Source of the DNA: Octopus sinensis
Lineage: Eukaryota
Length of the DNA stretch: 64,000 nt
Reading direction: 5' to 3'
Assembly: GCF_006345805.1 (NCBI RefSeq)
Contig: NC_043003.1
Span: forward strand, 79,422,001 to 79,486,000
Shown here: positions 13,150 through 27,059 of the stretch, piece by piece
How the letters are laid out: every line of letters begins with the position of its first letter
Numbering within the stretch: position 1 is the stretch's first letter
Notes under the pieces: model-generated
Database searches by the model: none
What the model saw: only the letters and a program-made list of their open reading frames with translations
Told to the model about the DNA's origin: nothing
Made by a program: the position numbers and the translations under genes

Positions 13150-13496
13150 TGAACATTAATGCACTGTTCTAAAAGTCCCAGTTATCCTGTCTAGGTGAGA
13201 ACCATGTACTGTAATAGATTGGGATTCAAGGGCGCACAGCTACTTAATGCCTTGCCAAAACATCTGAGGGATCTTCATGGAGTAGGGGTAGATGTTTTCG
13301 AAAAACAACTTGACTGCCTGCTGTTCAAGGACTCAGATAAACCTATATCAGGGCAAGAAACTCAAAAGAGGGCAGCAGTGTTGAACTTCTTTCTTAAGCA
13401 AATGCCAATTGCATAAGAGTGGCCATTGAAAAGGTGATTACACTGGCAATGTTCCAGCATGGCCACAGCCTTTGGGCTGAAGCATATAAAAGAATT
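13150..13496 (+). mobile_element. CR1/L2-like LINE 3' end (ORF2 C-terminus + 3' UTR)
   Basis: YCNRLGFKGAQLLNALPKHLRDLHGVGVDVFEKQLDCLL resembles the CR1-group 'WN.LP..V....S...FK..LD.FL' terminus; followed by a tail shared with SINE A. Confidence 0.7.
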
Positions 13497-14138
13497 AATA
13501 ATAAGTAGTGAACCACTACTATCACTACACCATACCATACCACTCCATAGCAGTACCCTGCTACAAACTCACCAATTAAGAAAGACCTGCAAAGACTATG
13601 GGTACTACCCCATCTTACACACTCATCATCATCATCATTTAGCATCCACTTTTCCTTCTTGCATGGATCAGATGAAAATTGTTGAGGCAGACTTCCTAAG
13701 GCCAGATACCCTTCTTGTCATCAACCCTCACCAGTTTCCAAACAAGGTAACATCTTTCCTGAGTTAGACATGATTTTCATGGAAGACAGGAAATGAACAA
13801 CTTCGCCTGTATGACAATACATGTGATGTTCCACATATCATGAAAACCAAGTCCCTACATAATGAAAGAGAAGAAAAAAACCCAACCAGGCCAGTAAACT
13901 GAGCAAAGTCTAAGGGTCCCACGGTGATATCTGCTCAGGTTACTAACCTGGTTGGTCTTTTCCTCTCTCTCAAATAAAACAACAGTTCCTTAGCCTATCC
14001 AGAGGTCTAAACAAGGATGATACTCTTTTCACAACCATAGGGATGTCTTGATTGTCCATTGAATGTGCCTGGAAGTCTCTCTATAAGTTTTTAAAGAATT
14101 TCTTTATATTTTTGTGCTCTGTATAAATATGTGTGTAT

Positions 14139-14193
<55 letters not shown>

Positions 14194-14533
14194 AGAAGTA
14201 TGTTACATATATGTCAATAATTGTTGGAAGCTGAAATGTCTTCTGATCCTAAAAGGAAAGCTCAGTCTTTGAGCTACGTTCCTAGACTTTGAAGGAGGTA
14301 CTTTTGCTAGATAAGTCCCTCACTGATAGAGGGTCCCAACAAATGGAGCAGTTGTGGGTATTTTTATACATTAGGGCTGCAGGGTGCTGCTATGGAGTGG
14401 TATGGTGTAGTGATAGTAGTGGCTCAGTACTTATATATATATTTGTTAATACAAATTCAGCTTGTGCTGCATCCCATTACTTAATAAATGAAAAATGTAT
14501 ATATATATATATATATACGTCATATATATATAT

Positions 14534-14635
<102 letters not shown>

Positions 14636-14786
14636 TGTGTGTACATATATATATATGTCAATGCTAGTTGTTTTTATTGGCATTCCTACTTCTATATATA
14701 TATAGACACACACACACACACACAAGCATATACAACTATATTTATAATTATCACATGATGTCAAGGCAAGGAGACAGTAACATGCC

Positions 14787-14861
<75 letters not shown>

Positions 14862-15330
14862 ACAATGGGATTTTTTTCAGTTTCCATCTCTGAAATCCCC
14901 TCAAACAGCTTTGGGCTGTAGCAGAATACACTTGCCAAATGTGCTACACAGTGGGACTGAACCCAAATCTATATGACTGGGAAGTAAACTTCTTACCACA
15001 CAGCCATGCCTTAGCATATGAATCAAAAAAAATTAATCATCACCAGCCACAGTCACAGAATCAGTCGAGCACTTTGTGCCATAAAAACTGTCCCGCCTAT
15101 AGATACATTCAATAAAAAGAACTAAGGAGGTAAACACCTCTTTCTTTTTTATCTTATATAATGTTTCGTTTTTGTCTGCTTCATAAATTTAGGATGTTTT
15201 TGTTAAGGGAAAATCCTGAACACCCCACATGACTGATTACAATAGATAAAAACTGAGTGAACCGTCGAGGGTAGTTGACGGTGTTAGTTTGACCATGTTG
15301 GCTTACTGTGTTAGTTCAATGTGTATTGGT

Positions 15331-15559
15331 TTAACTCTTTAGTGTTCGCATTATTCTGCCAAAATTAATCCTTTTTTATCCATATTACCTCAAACTAATC
15401 AGGCATTATCTTGGAGCTATGAGATTTTGATGAGGTAGCTGTTAATTTTTAAAACGATATTGTAGGGCTGGTGCGAGAGACCAGATCTGGCCAGTTTGAA
15501 CATAAAACAGGTAGAATACTTTTGGCCGGATATGGCCGGTTTAACTGCTAAAGGGTTAA
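15331..15559. mobile_element. piggyBac-like MITE (TTAA-flanked)
   Basis: TTAA-CTCTTTAG ... CTAAAGGG-TTAA termini. Confidence 0.7.
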
Positions 15560-16247
15560 CAGTCAGTAGTTGAACAGTGAATATTGAGTATCGTATCTAT
15601 GTTCGAGTAGTACAGTGTACATTCTGTGTTAACAAATATTTTCTGCGTTAGGTACTTTTCAGATAATTACAACCAATTATTTATTTGTATAACACCATTT
15701 TACACCAGACATGGATACCCACGTCATAACAGTTTTCAATTTCCTTCTCAGTGGTTACGGGCAATGCTTTTATTATCACATGAGAAAAAAAAAATTCTCG
15801 CATCAAATAATTTCTTAACCATGTAATGAGGGTGATGTGGTAATTAGTAATGCTAGAAGTTTTGATTACTCTTTTTAATTGTTCATGGCTGAAAATTAAG
15901 ATCCAATCAAAAATCATCAGGCTTTGGTATATCCTGTTTGGATATTTTCAGATAGTATATTTTTTCTATTCTTTTTTTTGTTTTTGGTAATGCTTTATGA
16001 TTTTAAATAGTCTTCTGGAACATGTTATGTATTCAAAACTATTTCATCTTTTGTCTATTTCTTGCATCTGTCATTACTGAGTTACTGTCTTGAAGGATTT
16101 AACTGAATGAATTGACCCTAGTACTTATTCTATCAATGTTTTGTTGAACTACTAATTAGTGGGGACATAAACAAACCAACATAGGTTGTCAAATAGTGTG
16201 GTGGGATCAAACACAAAGATACACTCACATTATATATACATATATTC

Positions 16248-16473
16248 TCTTTTACTCTTTTACTTGTTTCAGTCATTTGACTGTGGCCATGCTGGAGCAC
16301 CGCTTTTAGTCGAGCAAATCAACCCCAGGACTTATTCTTTGTAAGCCTAGTACTTATTCTATCAGTATCTTTTGCCGAACCACTAAGTTACGGGGACATA
16401 AACACACCAGCATCGGTTGTCAAGCGATGTTGGGGGAACAAACACAGACACACAAACGTACATATACACACAC

Positions 16474-16538
<65 letters not shown>

Positions 16539-16700
16539 GATGGGCTTTTTTCAGTTTCTGTCTACCAAATCCACTCATAAGGCTTTGGTCGGCTCGAGGC
16601 TATAGTAGAAGACACTTCCCAAGGTGCCATGCAGTGGGACTGAACCCAGAACCATGCGGTTCATAAGCAAGCTATTTGCCACACAGCCACTCCTACACCT
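16248..16700 (-). mobile_element. SINE family A
   Basis: Full-length layout with an expanded internal (TA)n. Confidence 0.9.
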
Positions 16701-16716
16701 ATATATATATATATAT

Positions 16717-17005
16717 ATCACCGTGACCGAACAGGCTATCAGATGTTGCTACACATTGCTGGTCACAATGCACTTCGCATTGTTTTAGCCTTGAAATGAC
16801 GCCACCCCACTGGCTAAGCGAGCAGGCCAACAGAAAAAAGAGTGAGAGAAAGTTGTGGCGAAAGAGTACAGCAAGGATTGCCCCCCCCCCCCTGTCGGAG
16901 CCTCGTGGAGCTTTAGCTGTTTTCGCTCAATAAACACTCACAACGCCCGGTCTGGGAATCGAAACCGCGATCCTGCTGCCCTAACCACTGGGCCATTGCG
17001 CCTCC
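16717..17005 (-). mobile_element. SINE family C (tRNA-derived, tail type 1)
   Basis: Head GGAGGCGCAATGGCCCAGTGGTTAGGGC..GGTTTCGATTCCC; tail CCTGTTCGGTCACGGTGAT; homologous to 21610-21908. Confidence 0.85.
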
Positions 17006-17017
17006 GCATATACATTT

Positions 17018-17088
<71 letters not shown>

Positions 17089-17261
17089 CATATATAGTTA
17101 TAGTTATGGTATATTCTGTTAAGAACATTGTAGAGTACACTATAAAGTTTGCCCACCTTCATATTTACCCAGCACACTTGGAGAACTATGTTGCATTGAA
17201 ACAATTGTAGTGATTAAAAACCAATCCCCTTCTTGCTGACTGCAAGTTTTTCAAATATATA

Positions 17262-17683
17262 CTGTAAAAACCCATGTAATTAATGCACTATTTTGGGGGC
17301 AAAAATAAAAATTAACATTAGTGAGTGTGTAAATTATATGAGTAGGTCGTTTCCGGAATTTTTTTAGAAATTTTTTTTGTTGAAAAAAGACATATACGTG
17401 TCATTCCCAGAAAACTAATTTTATTTATATAGAAGACAACACAATCACTTTGTAATTTAACATCTTTTAATGTAAATTTAATAAAATCTAATCATAAGTA
17501 AGTGAAATTATGCTAAATACAACTAAATTGAAAGCCTTTTTCCCTGGCCATATCAGCAATTCTGAAAACTTTTGTGTTGGAATTTTACATGAGTAGTAGC
17601 TTTTTTTAATAATTTTTATCCTAAAAATCACCTGAGTTTCCATGCGTAAATTACACTGGTTTTCAATTTACATGGGTTTTTAC

Positions 17684-17685
<2 letters not shown>
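17262..17685. mobile_element. Tc1/pogo-type MITE with TA TSD
   Basis: TIR TGTAAAAACCCATGTAA / TTACATGGGTTTTTACA, flanked by TA on both sides. Confidence 0.75.
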
Positions 17686-17736
<51 letters not shown>

Positions 17737-17739
<3 letters not shown>

Positions 17740-17892
17740 AGTGGCTGTGTGGTAAGTAGCTTGTTTACCAACCACATGATTCCGGGTTCAGTCCCACTGT
17801 GTGGCACCTTGGGCAAGTGTCTTCTACTATAGCCTCGGGCCGACCAAAGCCTTGTGAGTGGATTTGGATTGGTAGACGGAACTGAAAGAAGC

Positions 17893-17928
<36 letters not shown>

Positions 17929-18090
17929 TGTCTGTGTCTGTCCCCTAGCATTGCTTGACAACCAATGCTGGTGTGTTTATGTCCCCGTTACTTAGCGGTT
18001 CGGCAAAAGAGACCGATAGAATAAGTACTGGGCTTACAAAAGAATAAGTCCTGGGGTCGAGTTGCTCGATTAAAGGCAGTGCTCCAACAT
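17737..18090 (+). mobile_element. SINE family A, tail truncated by (GA)n/(TA)n
   Basis: Matches family A up to GCTCCAACATG. Confidence 0.88.
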
Positions 18091-18124
<34 letters not shown>

Positions 18125-18191
18125 GGGAGAGAGAGAGAGGTATGTGTGTGTGTATATATAAATATATGTATATATGTATATATATATAATA

Positions 18192-18224
<33 letters not shown>

Positions 18225-18237
18225 GATATATATGTAT

Positions 18238-18279
<42 letters not shown>

Positions 18280-20379
18280 TATATATGTATATATATATAT
18301 ACACACACAACAGGCTTCCACATAATTTCTGTCTAATAAGGTACTGATTGTTCTGGAGCTATAGTAGAAGAAACCAAGTGCTTTGCAATGGAACTGAACC
18401 TGAAATCACATGGTTGCAAAGTATGTATTTTAACTACATAACCATGTCTGTGTTTGACAACCTTTTTCTTCTTTTTTAAAGAAAACCATACTGCATAATC
18501 TCAATTTTCATTATTTCAGCCATGCTGAGTTTCCAGGCCTGTATACCTTATAAAAAATAATGCTACATATAAAGGCGTCTTAAATTTTAGTTCTGGAAGC
18601 CATTAATATTCTGTTTGGGTATGTTTTAGCTTTTTTTTTGCCATTTTTGGAATGTAGATGAAACATAAAAACTAGGATAATGTGATGGGTTTTCAAAATG
18701 ATTTTTGTTTATCATATGTCCAAAATATCTGAAAGTGCTCACATTTCTCAGTACATCTCCAACAGGAATAAATAATGTGTTTTTCCCCATAATATCTTTC
18801 AATTTTTTTCCAGGACATTAAACACTGTTGTTTCAGGTTTTAACTTGTTGATACCACCAAAACCAAACGTAGTAAAGTTCTATCATAAAAGTTAATGATC
18901 ATCACAAACACAACAGCATCATTGCACAAGTAGACAATACGATCAGCATATAAAATCATTCTGAGGGATTGAATAACACCAAGGCCACATACATTGCATT
19001 GTTGTTGCATAGAGTAATGATTAGGGATCTAAAACAAACACTGCAGTTTGATGTTTGCAAATTCTGCAAACAACACCTAATGTTCAGCACATCGCAACAA
19101 AAGATCAATGAATATTCCTTCAAACTTTACCTAATCAACTTGAACATTTTGCTTATTTCTTTGTGTTCATTTTCTGTTTACCCTTACTATGCTTTGCTTT
19201 TACATTTCAGTTTCTCAATTTTGTTGTATTGCATTCTTCTGCTTTGTATTCCATGTTCATACCCGGTTTCTGCACTGTATATTTACATACACCACCTCTT
19301 TACCTCTTTTCGACTTTTTAAAAAGTTTAGCAGGAGGCTATGTAGCATAGCCACATAACTAAAGCATGGTAATAAGTGACCAGAGGTGCTATGGTTGTCC
19401 TGCACAGCAGACGAATACATTGGTGATGTAGCTAGCCTCATTTTGATACACTAACCTCGTTTTGATACACCATTCTCATTCTGACCTACACAGTAGTAAC
19501 AAATTCAGTTAGTGACAGGCCCGAGTCAAAGACACATGTCTTTACTGCAGCTCCACGTGCAATCTCCCATGTGTGTTACTCACACGTCTGTTTACCTCAA
19601 CACAAGATCTAGGGGTTTGTAAATGAAGATATTTTGTTATCACACACACACACATTCTCAAAATGACTGTTCTTTTCACGCACAAGCATACATACTGTAA
19701 TACAGATATCATATGTTACTTCTCTTCTCAAGTCTAAATTTCAAATATATTAAAAATAACAGGTGATTCAACACTTCTTTATTTGTAACTAGTAAAAGGT
19801 TTAAAAAATAATTTTGAACTTTGAACAGTGGCATTTTGCCAAACAATTTGCAACTGGAGACAGTGTACTTTGATGACTATCTGGATAGACTGTTGCAACT
19901 CTTCATCTAAGATGCAATGCTGCAAAAAAAAAAAGCTGGTGTCACTTAGCTGATGTAGCAGATAAGTTAGGTAACTGTGCAATGGTCAAATCACTGAGAC
20001 TGGATGGTTTGCCTTGAGAACTCAAATGTTCCATGCCAGGTTTGCTTGCAACTGTCTGGGCAACTGTATATACAACTGGCAACAAAATGGAAATATCCAC
20101 AATTATGTGAGCTGAGAAGTAGTGATGCTGAGGAAGGACTTAAGAAGAGAATACAGCTTTTGAAAAGCTATATTTGAAAATAACCACAAACCATGATGTG
20201 TTGAAGTGTTGTTCACTGTGTGTTAAACACCAAATTGAGAGAGGGTATAATCTACCATTAAAGCATGGGTCTTTTTCCACTTAACTGCAAATCTCCTTAT
20301 ATATATATATATATATTTGTCTTCTTGACTATTGATGGATCAAAGGGGCATACAACATCAATTATATTGCACATGTGGT

Positions 20380-20610
20380 GCAGATGGCAAGCTAGCAGAA
20401 TCATTAGCATGCCAGGCAAAATGCTTAGTGACATTTCATCCATCTTAACATTCAGGGTTCAAATTTCACTGAGGTCAACTTTGCCTTTTATCATCTTGGG
20501 GTCAATAAATTACGTATCAGTGAAACACTGGGGTCAATCTAGTCGACTAGTCCTCTCCCCACAAATTTCAGGCCTTGTACTTTTAGTAGAAAGGATTATT
20601 ATTATTATTA
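20380..20610 (+). mobile_element. SINE B-related subfamily with alternative tail (diverged)
   Basis: GCTAGCAGAATCATTAGCA head, GAGGTCAACTTTGCCTTT core, CCCCACAAATTTCAGGCCTTGT tail ending in (ATT)n. Similar copies at about 7337, 42825 and 48515. Confidence 0.75.
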
Positions 20611-21609
20611 TTTCTCATTATTATCATTAGTAGAAATAGAGGAAATGTGAGAGAAGGAATGAGGTATACAATTATATTTATCATGTATATTACCGGTAAT
20701 TTATGTTATCAGACCTAAAACAATTAAAGACAATTAATCTCAGTTGGAAATTGAAATCTAGAAGTGCATAGTTTTAAACTACATGCATTAAAGCAGTATT
20801 TTTCAAGGGGGCAGAAACAAGCCCTTAAGTATTTAGTTTTATCCCTCCTTGTTGTAAGTTAAAATTGTTATCAAGTGTGAGTTAACTTTTCAAGGAGGGA
20901 ATAGTAGCAGATGAAAAAAAGATAATTGTTGAAATATTACAAAAATTTGTTTTGTTGGCCTAGTGAAGAGGAATCAACATTATTGAAATAGTAAATGGTG
21001 ATAGTGGATTGCATGATCTTTGGATTAAAGAGGAGCCAGTTATAGTCATTTTAGAGGATGAAAAGAGAGGAGTGGTGTGTGGAGGAAAATAGGAGTGGTA
21101 GCATTTCATGTGTTATTTCCAGGATGCCTTAAAAGGGGTTGGTTAACAGGTTTAAAAAATTGGGTGAACAAATTATCCTGTTTGAAACCAGTTACTGACA
21201 AACTGCATCGTGACGGTCTTCTTAAATGGCACATCAGATAAAAAAAAATTACCTTGAATTTCTTTTAATAGTGTTGCCTGCTTATTGATAAGCCATGTTT
21301 CAGGTGGCCAGCTTCTCAAAAAAAGTTTCTCATATCTGTTTTAAACCATTTAAACTCATTCATCTGTCTCTACACATTTCTAAGAAAGAACTGTATGTGT
21401 TCAGTTATAAACAGTGACAGGAATGGTAGCTGACTATTGAAAATTGCCTCAACACCTATTAAATCCCTATGCCTTATCCCACAATATTTGATTGGTAAAT
21501 GTATCTTATTCACCCTGGAAGGCAGAAAGACAAAGCTGACGTGGCAGAATTTGAATTTAGAAATTAAATGAATGAATGTATATTTATGAGTATGTATGTA
21601 TCTATGTGT

Positions 21610-21908
21610 GGAGACACAATGGCTCAGTGGTTAGGGCAGTGGACTCGCGGTTGTAAGATCGTGGTTTCGATTCCCAGACTTGGCGTTGTGAGTGTTTATT
21701 GAGCGAAAACACCTAAAAGGTCCACGAGGCTCTGGCAGGGGAGGTGGTGATCCCTGCTGTACTCTTTCACCACTCTTTCTCTCACTCTTTCTTCTGTTAG
21801 CCTGCTCGCTTAGCCAGCGGGATGGCGTCATTTGAAGGCTAAAACAATGCGAACGCATTGTGACCAGCGATGTGTAGCAACATCTGATGGTCTGGTCGGT
21901 CACGTGAT
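21610..21908 (+). mobile_element. SINE family C (tail type 1)
   Basis: A box TGGCTCAGTGG, B box GGTTTCGATTCCC, tail CTGGTCGGTCACGTGAT. Confidence 0.87.
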
Positions 21909-22579
21909 GTATCTATGTATGAATATGTGTGTGTGTGTATGCATATATCAGGTCACTCATGGGCACTACTGGTAACATGTAACTCAGCACAACCTCTATC
22001 ATGATCAGGTCCTCAGCAACTAAACTAGCAACCCCCATCAAGCTTGCTTGGTGAGGAGGGTGATTGTTGGACATTCTGCAGGACAAAAAATAAAACCTGT
22101 CAAAGAGCAGAGGAGCTCATGTGCAGTTAACGGTCATCCAACAATATGGTACATGTGTATGTATGCATATATCTATGCGTGGGGATGTGGAAATACATAG
22201 GTTAGTGCCCAGGTGCATGGTTGGCCCACTGGGAGTGGGAGGCCTCTCTGTTGTTCTCACATCTCTCTAGGAGAGGGAAACTCTAAGAGAAAACCTATGA
22301 CACTGACAATATTCGATGATGTATTGCCTTTCATCCTTTTGGGGCTGATGAATTAAGTACCAGTTGCGTACTGGGATTGATATAATTGACTGGCCCTTTC
22401 CCCCAAAATTTCGGGCCTTGTGCCTATATTTGATGATGTAGACTAGTTCTTTTTGAGTTTACGTTGTCTTTAATGATATGCGTTTTAAAAGTATATTGTA
22501 TTGGTGCACTGGTGGAAAGTGTGTCTCACTAGTGCTATAAAGTTCCTGACTATGTTTATTTGTTGTTGTTTGTTCCTTC

Positions 22580-22860
22580 TCAAGCCATGCCTGGCTCATA
22601 GGGCCAGTTTCCTTGGTGTATAGGTTCCCCACCTGGACAGGACGCTAGTCCGTCACAGGTGAGCTGCAAGATGCAGGAAGAAAGAGTGAGAGAAAGTTGT
22701 GGTGAAAGAGTCAGCAGAAGTTCGCCATTACCTTCTACTGGAGCCGTGTGGAGCTTAGGTGTTTCGCTCATGAACACACATATTGCCTGGTCTGAGATTT
22801 GATCCCGCGATCCCTCAACTGCGAGTCCGCTGCTCTAACCACTAGGCCATGTGCCTTCAC
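22580..22860 (-). mobile_element. SINE family C (tail type 2)
   Basis: Same core (GCTCCAC..GGCTCC, CCACAACTTTCTCTCACTCT) but a different 3' segment, which is also seen at 24905-24995. Confidence 0.75.
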
Positions 22861-23688
22861 TTGACTATGCTTATGGGAACACCTGAATTACATGGTGGAT
22901 GAAACTAAATTACATGGGTGCTCCTGGTTCTTTCTTGGGTGTATGGAAATGTGGAATGTTCTGTATGTATGCCAAGTTCTTGTAGAATTCACTTTTAGCT
23001 AAGAGGAGCAGCTAAATTAAAGATGCCTTTGTCAGAAGAAAATCACAAAAGTCTACAACTCTAAGTAAACAACATAAATTTTATTAACCTATATTTTCTC
23101 AAATATTTAACATTCTGTGTTAAAAAACGTTATAACACGAAATTTTTTTTCTTACATAAATAAATAAATAACTGCCAAATTATAGAATAAATATAAACAT
23201 AAAACTATTCAGACAATTTTGGCATTGAGAAAAACGTAATTAAAATACTCAAAGCTGTAACAAATGTTAGATCTCAGTATCTCTAATGACCCCTCATAGC
23301 AACTCCACATGTATAACAGTACAAAAACTGCATCACATAGACAAGGATTCTTCGTCATAGTCAATAAATTCCTGATGAAATGGTAACCCTGTACAGAACT
23401 CAAGCGAGACCCATACAAGGGTACTGCTCACATATGTGAGAAAGTGTTGCATGCTAATATTTTAGACTAAATCCAAAGTAGGCCATATGGCTTATTGGTA
23501 AAGATTCAATTACCAGTAGGTCTCAATTACTAATTCACAAATATGTTGTTTCATTTATCCAAATGGTTTTTATTTTTCTATTACTCTAAATTAGCTAGCT
23601 GCATATCATCATCACATAAACTCACCCATATTAGTCTTCATCCTCACTGTTTCCATTTTTGAAGCCTACACTAAAAATTAATTTTTCC

Positions 23689-23914
23689 TTAACCCTTTTG
23701 TTACCAACCCGGCTGAAACCGGCTCTGGCTCTGAGTACAAATGTCTTGTTTTCGTAAGTTTTGAATTAAAATCTTCCACCAAACCTTAGTCACATTTATG
23801 TTCCTAATACTAGCTTAATGATAACCAAGTTATTTTACTAATTTTTTGTTATGTTTAAAGTAATTGAAAGAAACACAGAGTATCTCAACAGAAATACAGT
23901 AACGAAAGGGTTAA
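23689..23914. mobile_element. piggyBac-like MITE (TTAA-flanked)
   Basis: TTAA-CCCTTTTGTTAC ... GTAACGAAAGGG-TTAA. Confidence 0.8.
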
Positions 23915-24479
23915 CAGAACAGTGACCCTCTAGAAATTCCCTTCTACCTGTTTTTACAGACATAATTATTCAACATCCAGTAATCTACTGCTTCCTATCA
24001 TTTCTGTCACTTCACCATTTACTCTACTATATATATTCCACCCTTCCACATTGGAAGCCCTATCAAAGATCATGGGCACTGACCTTTCTTTTAATCATAA
24101 GATTAAAAGTGGAGAGGGTTAAAGTTGGTTATACCAACCTTAGTACATGACATACTAATTCTATTGATGCTGGAAGGAAGGAAGAAAGGCAAGACTAACC
24201 TCTGCAAGAACTGAATACAGAATTAAATGTAGTAAAGCATTTTTACTATTTTAAGGTCCTGTCTATGTTGCATCATAAATAAGGGTAACCCCTTATGTTT
24301 TGTCAACAAAATTAAAATCTGTTCAATATGGCAGTGTGGTAAGAAGTTCGCTTCTCAACTACATGGTTCTGGGTTTAGACCCACAATGTAGAACCATGGG
24401 TAAGTGTCTTCTACTGGGGCCAACCAAAGCCATGAGAGTGGATTTGGTAGATAGAAACTGAATGAAACCTACCGTATAT

Positions 24480-24873
24480 ACTCTTTTACTTGTTTCAGCC
24501 ATTTGACTGCGGCCATGCTGGAGCACCGCCTTTTTAGTCGAGCAACTCAACCCCGGGACTTATTCTTTTGTGAGCCCAGTACTTATTCTATCGGTCTCTT
24601 TTGCCGAACCGCTAAGTAACGGGGACATAAACACACCAGCATCGGTTGTCAAGCAATGCTAGGGGACACACACAAACACACACATGCATATATATATATC
24701 TACATATATACGACAGGCTTCTTTCAGTTTCCGTCTACCAAATCCACTCACAAGGCTTTGGTCGGCCTGAGGCTATAGTAGAAGACACTTGCCCATGGTG
24801 CCACGCAGTGGGACTGAACCCGGAACCATGTGGTTGGTAGACAAGCTACTTAGCACACAGCCACTCCTGCGCC
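24480..24873 (-). mobile_element. SINE family A
   Basis: Full length; abuts an oppositely oriented family-A head at 24328-24478. Confidence 0.9.
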
Positions 24874-25011
24874 TGTTTATATATATATAAACGATAAGCG
24901 GCGTCCTTTTCAAGCCTAGCCCGGGTCATGGGCCCGGTTTCCTGGTTTCTGTGGCGTGTGTGTTCCCCCCAGCTGGACAGGACACCAGTCCATTGCAATA
25001 TATATATATAT

Positions 25012-25349
25012 GAAGGTGCATGGCTCAGTGTTTAGAGCGTCGAGCTTACGATCGTGAGGTTGTGAACTCGAATCCCACATCGGACTGCATGTTGTGTTCT
25101 TGAGCAAGATACTTTATTTCCCATTTCTCCAGTTCACTCAGCTGTTGAAATGAGTTGCGATGTCACAGGTGCCAAGCTGTATCGACCCCTTTGCCTTTCC
25201 TTTGGATAACAGTGGTGGCGTGGAGAGGGGAGGCCGGTATGCATGGGCGACTGCTGGTCTTCCATAAACAACCTTGCCCGGACTTGTGCCTGGGAGGGTA
25301 ACTTTCTAGATGCAATCCCATGGTCTGTGTCGTGACCGAAGGGGGTCTC
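25012..25349 (+). mobile_element. SINE family D (tRNA-derived)
   Basis: TGGCTCAGTG A box, CTCGAATCCC B box, GTGTTCTTGAGCAAG core; homologous to 59420-59756. Confidence 0.85.
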
Positions 25350-25723
25350 AGATATATATATGAGTGTGTGTGTGTGTGTGCACATGTGTTACTGTTTCCT
25401 TGTTTTGACTTCATGCTACAGTTGTAAATGAATGTCACCAACATACAAGAGGAGTTCTATGTTTGCAGTTTTATGTGAAAACATGTTTGGTCATAGAGAA
25501 ATATATTATCATATGCAGAAACAGGTAAGTGTTGGTGACAGAGAGGGCATTGAGCAATAGAAAATTCACTGCAACAAATTCCATCTGACCCATGCAAGCA
25601 TGGAAAAGTGGACATAAAACAATGATGATGGTCACACCTTTATACAGTGGTTTCCAACATTTTCACTACCAAGGACCCCTTTTATTTAAATGAGTTTGTC
25701 CAGACTCCTTTTAATATGCTCAT

Positions 25724-25758
<35 letters not shown>

Positions 25759-26580
25759 GAGTGCTAGCATTTTACATGTGGTAAAATGCTAGCTTACCAA
25801 CCACATGGTTCCGGGTTCAGTTCCAATGCATGACACCTTGGACAACATCTACTACAGCCTCTGGCTGACCAAAGCCTTGCGAGTGGATTTGGTAGATGGA
25901 AACTGAAAGAAGACTGTTGTATATATATATATATATATATATGGCGGTCTTTTTCCTTCCTCCTCCACCATTACGATTCTATAATTTAAATTCCCATTCA
26001 ATTTCAACTCCCGTTCGATGTCCGCAGCAAGTTCTTAAAAATTTATCTTACTATTTTATTCGTTGTTACTACGTTCTTCATACATTGTTACGAAAATTTA
26101 ACCTTTTAGGCTACTTTCAAGCCTTCGCCATAACTTGATTTATCTTTCTATCTCTCTCTCTACAAAATTTAACTTAGGCCAGGCTACCTCAAGCCGTAAT
26201 CCTATCTCTTCCATCATCTCTTCCATCTTTCAACCATTGGCGGTGCGCCCGCCCCCCCACCCCCACACCAATACCGATGAACACTGTTCTCACCCCCACC
26301 ACCAATACCGGTGAGCACTGTTCCTCACCTCCCACCACCAATACCAGTATACCCTGTCCTCACCATCTACACCGGATACGCCTTACTCATCTACACGGTA
26401 CGCCCTACTCCCTCCTCCTCCCCCCACTACCCCTTCTCCTCATATGCTTTCACTGTGAAAAGACAAGCTGCTAGCGCCATAGCTCATCAACTGCCCACCG
26501 ATCTTATGCTTCCTCCTGACACTGCCTCATTCCGACTATCCCCTTTAGCACCCTCCCGCCTCGTAATGTCCTATGTTTTT

Positions 26581-26930
26581 ATTTCTTAGGAACCTACACC
26601 AACCCTTCCTGCCATCGTTCCTCCTTACCCCAACCTTCCCCACTGGTTGCTCCCCTATATTACCCGCCTCAACTGGACCCCCCCTCTCCCCAACTCAACT
26701 CTCGAATATCTGTATTCTTTCCTCTACCTAATAACGTTACTCAGTGACGATAACGAATGTCTTTATTTCTTAGGAACCTACACCAACCCTTCCTGCCATC
26801 GTTCCTCCTTACCCCAACCTTCCCCACTGGTTGCCCTCCTATATTACCCGCCTCAACTGGACCTCCCCAACTCAACTCTAGAATATCTGTATTTCTTTCC
26901 TCTACCTAATTACGTTACTCAGTGATGATA
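26581..26930. repeat. ~184-bp tandem duplication, C-rich
   Basis: Unit starting ATTTCTTAGGAACCTACACC at 26581 and 26765. Confidence 0.9.
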
Positions 26931-27059
26931 AATGCTGTGACTACAAAGACCCGGGCTGCTTTCTGCAGCAATTCCACATACCCCCTACTCATTCTAAGTA
27001 CCCCGGATCCCCAAAGTACCCTGGATCCCCAAAGTACCCCGGACCTCGTTGCCCATGTG

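Noticed and set aside
21253-21379. Minus-strand segment with good splice signals (TTCTTTCTTAG| ... CAAG|GTAATT)
   Set aside because: All three frames contain stops; could only be a non-coding exon and cannot be supported without transcripts.
21610-21685. tRNA-like sequences (also at 25012, 45300-45378, 59420 and the family A/B heads)
   Set aside because: Each continues into a SINE body and lacks a clean cloverleaf and terminator; these are SINE heads, not tRNA genes.
21949-22150. RTE 5'-UTR-like sequence as an HDV-like ribozyme
   Set aside because: I could not build the nested double pseudoknot; too degenerate.
26738-26762. CAGTGACGATAACGAATGTC in the 184-bp tandem repeat as a hammerhead
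   Set aside because: Lacks CUG and a full GAAA, no helix II, and is not preserved in the second unit.
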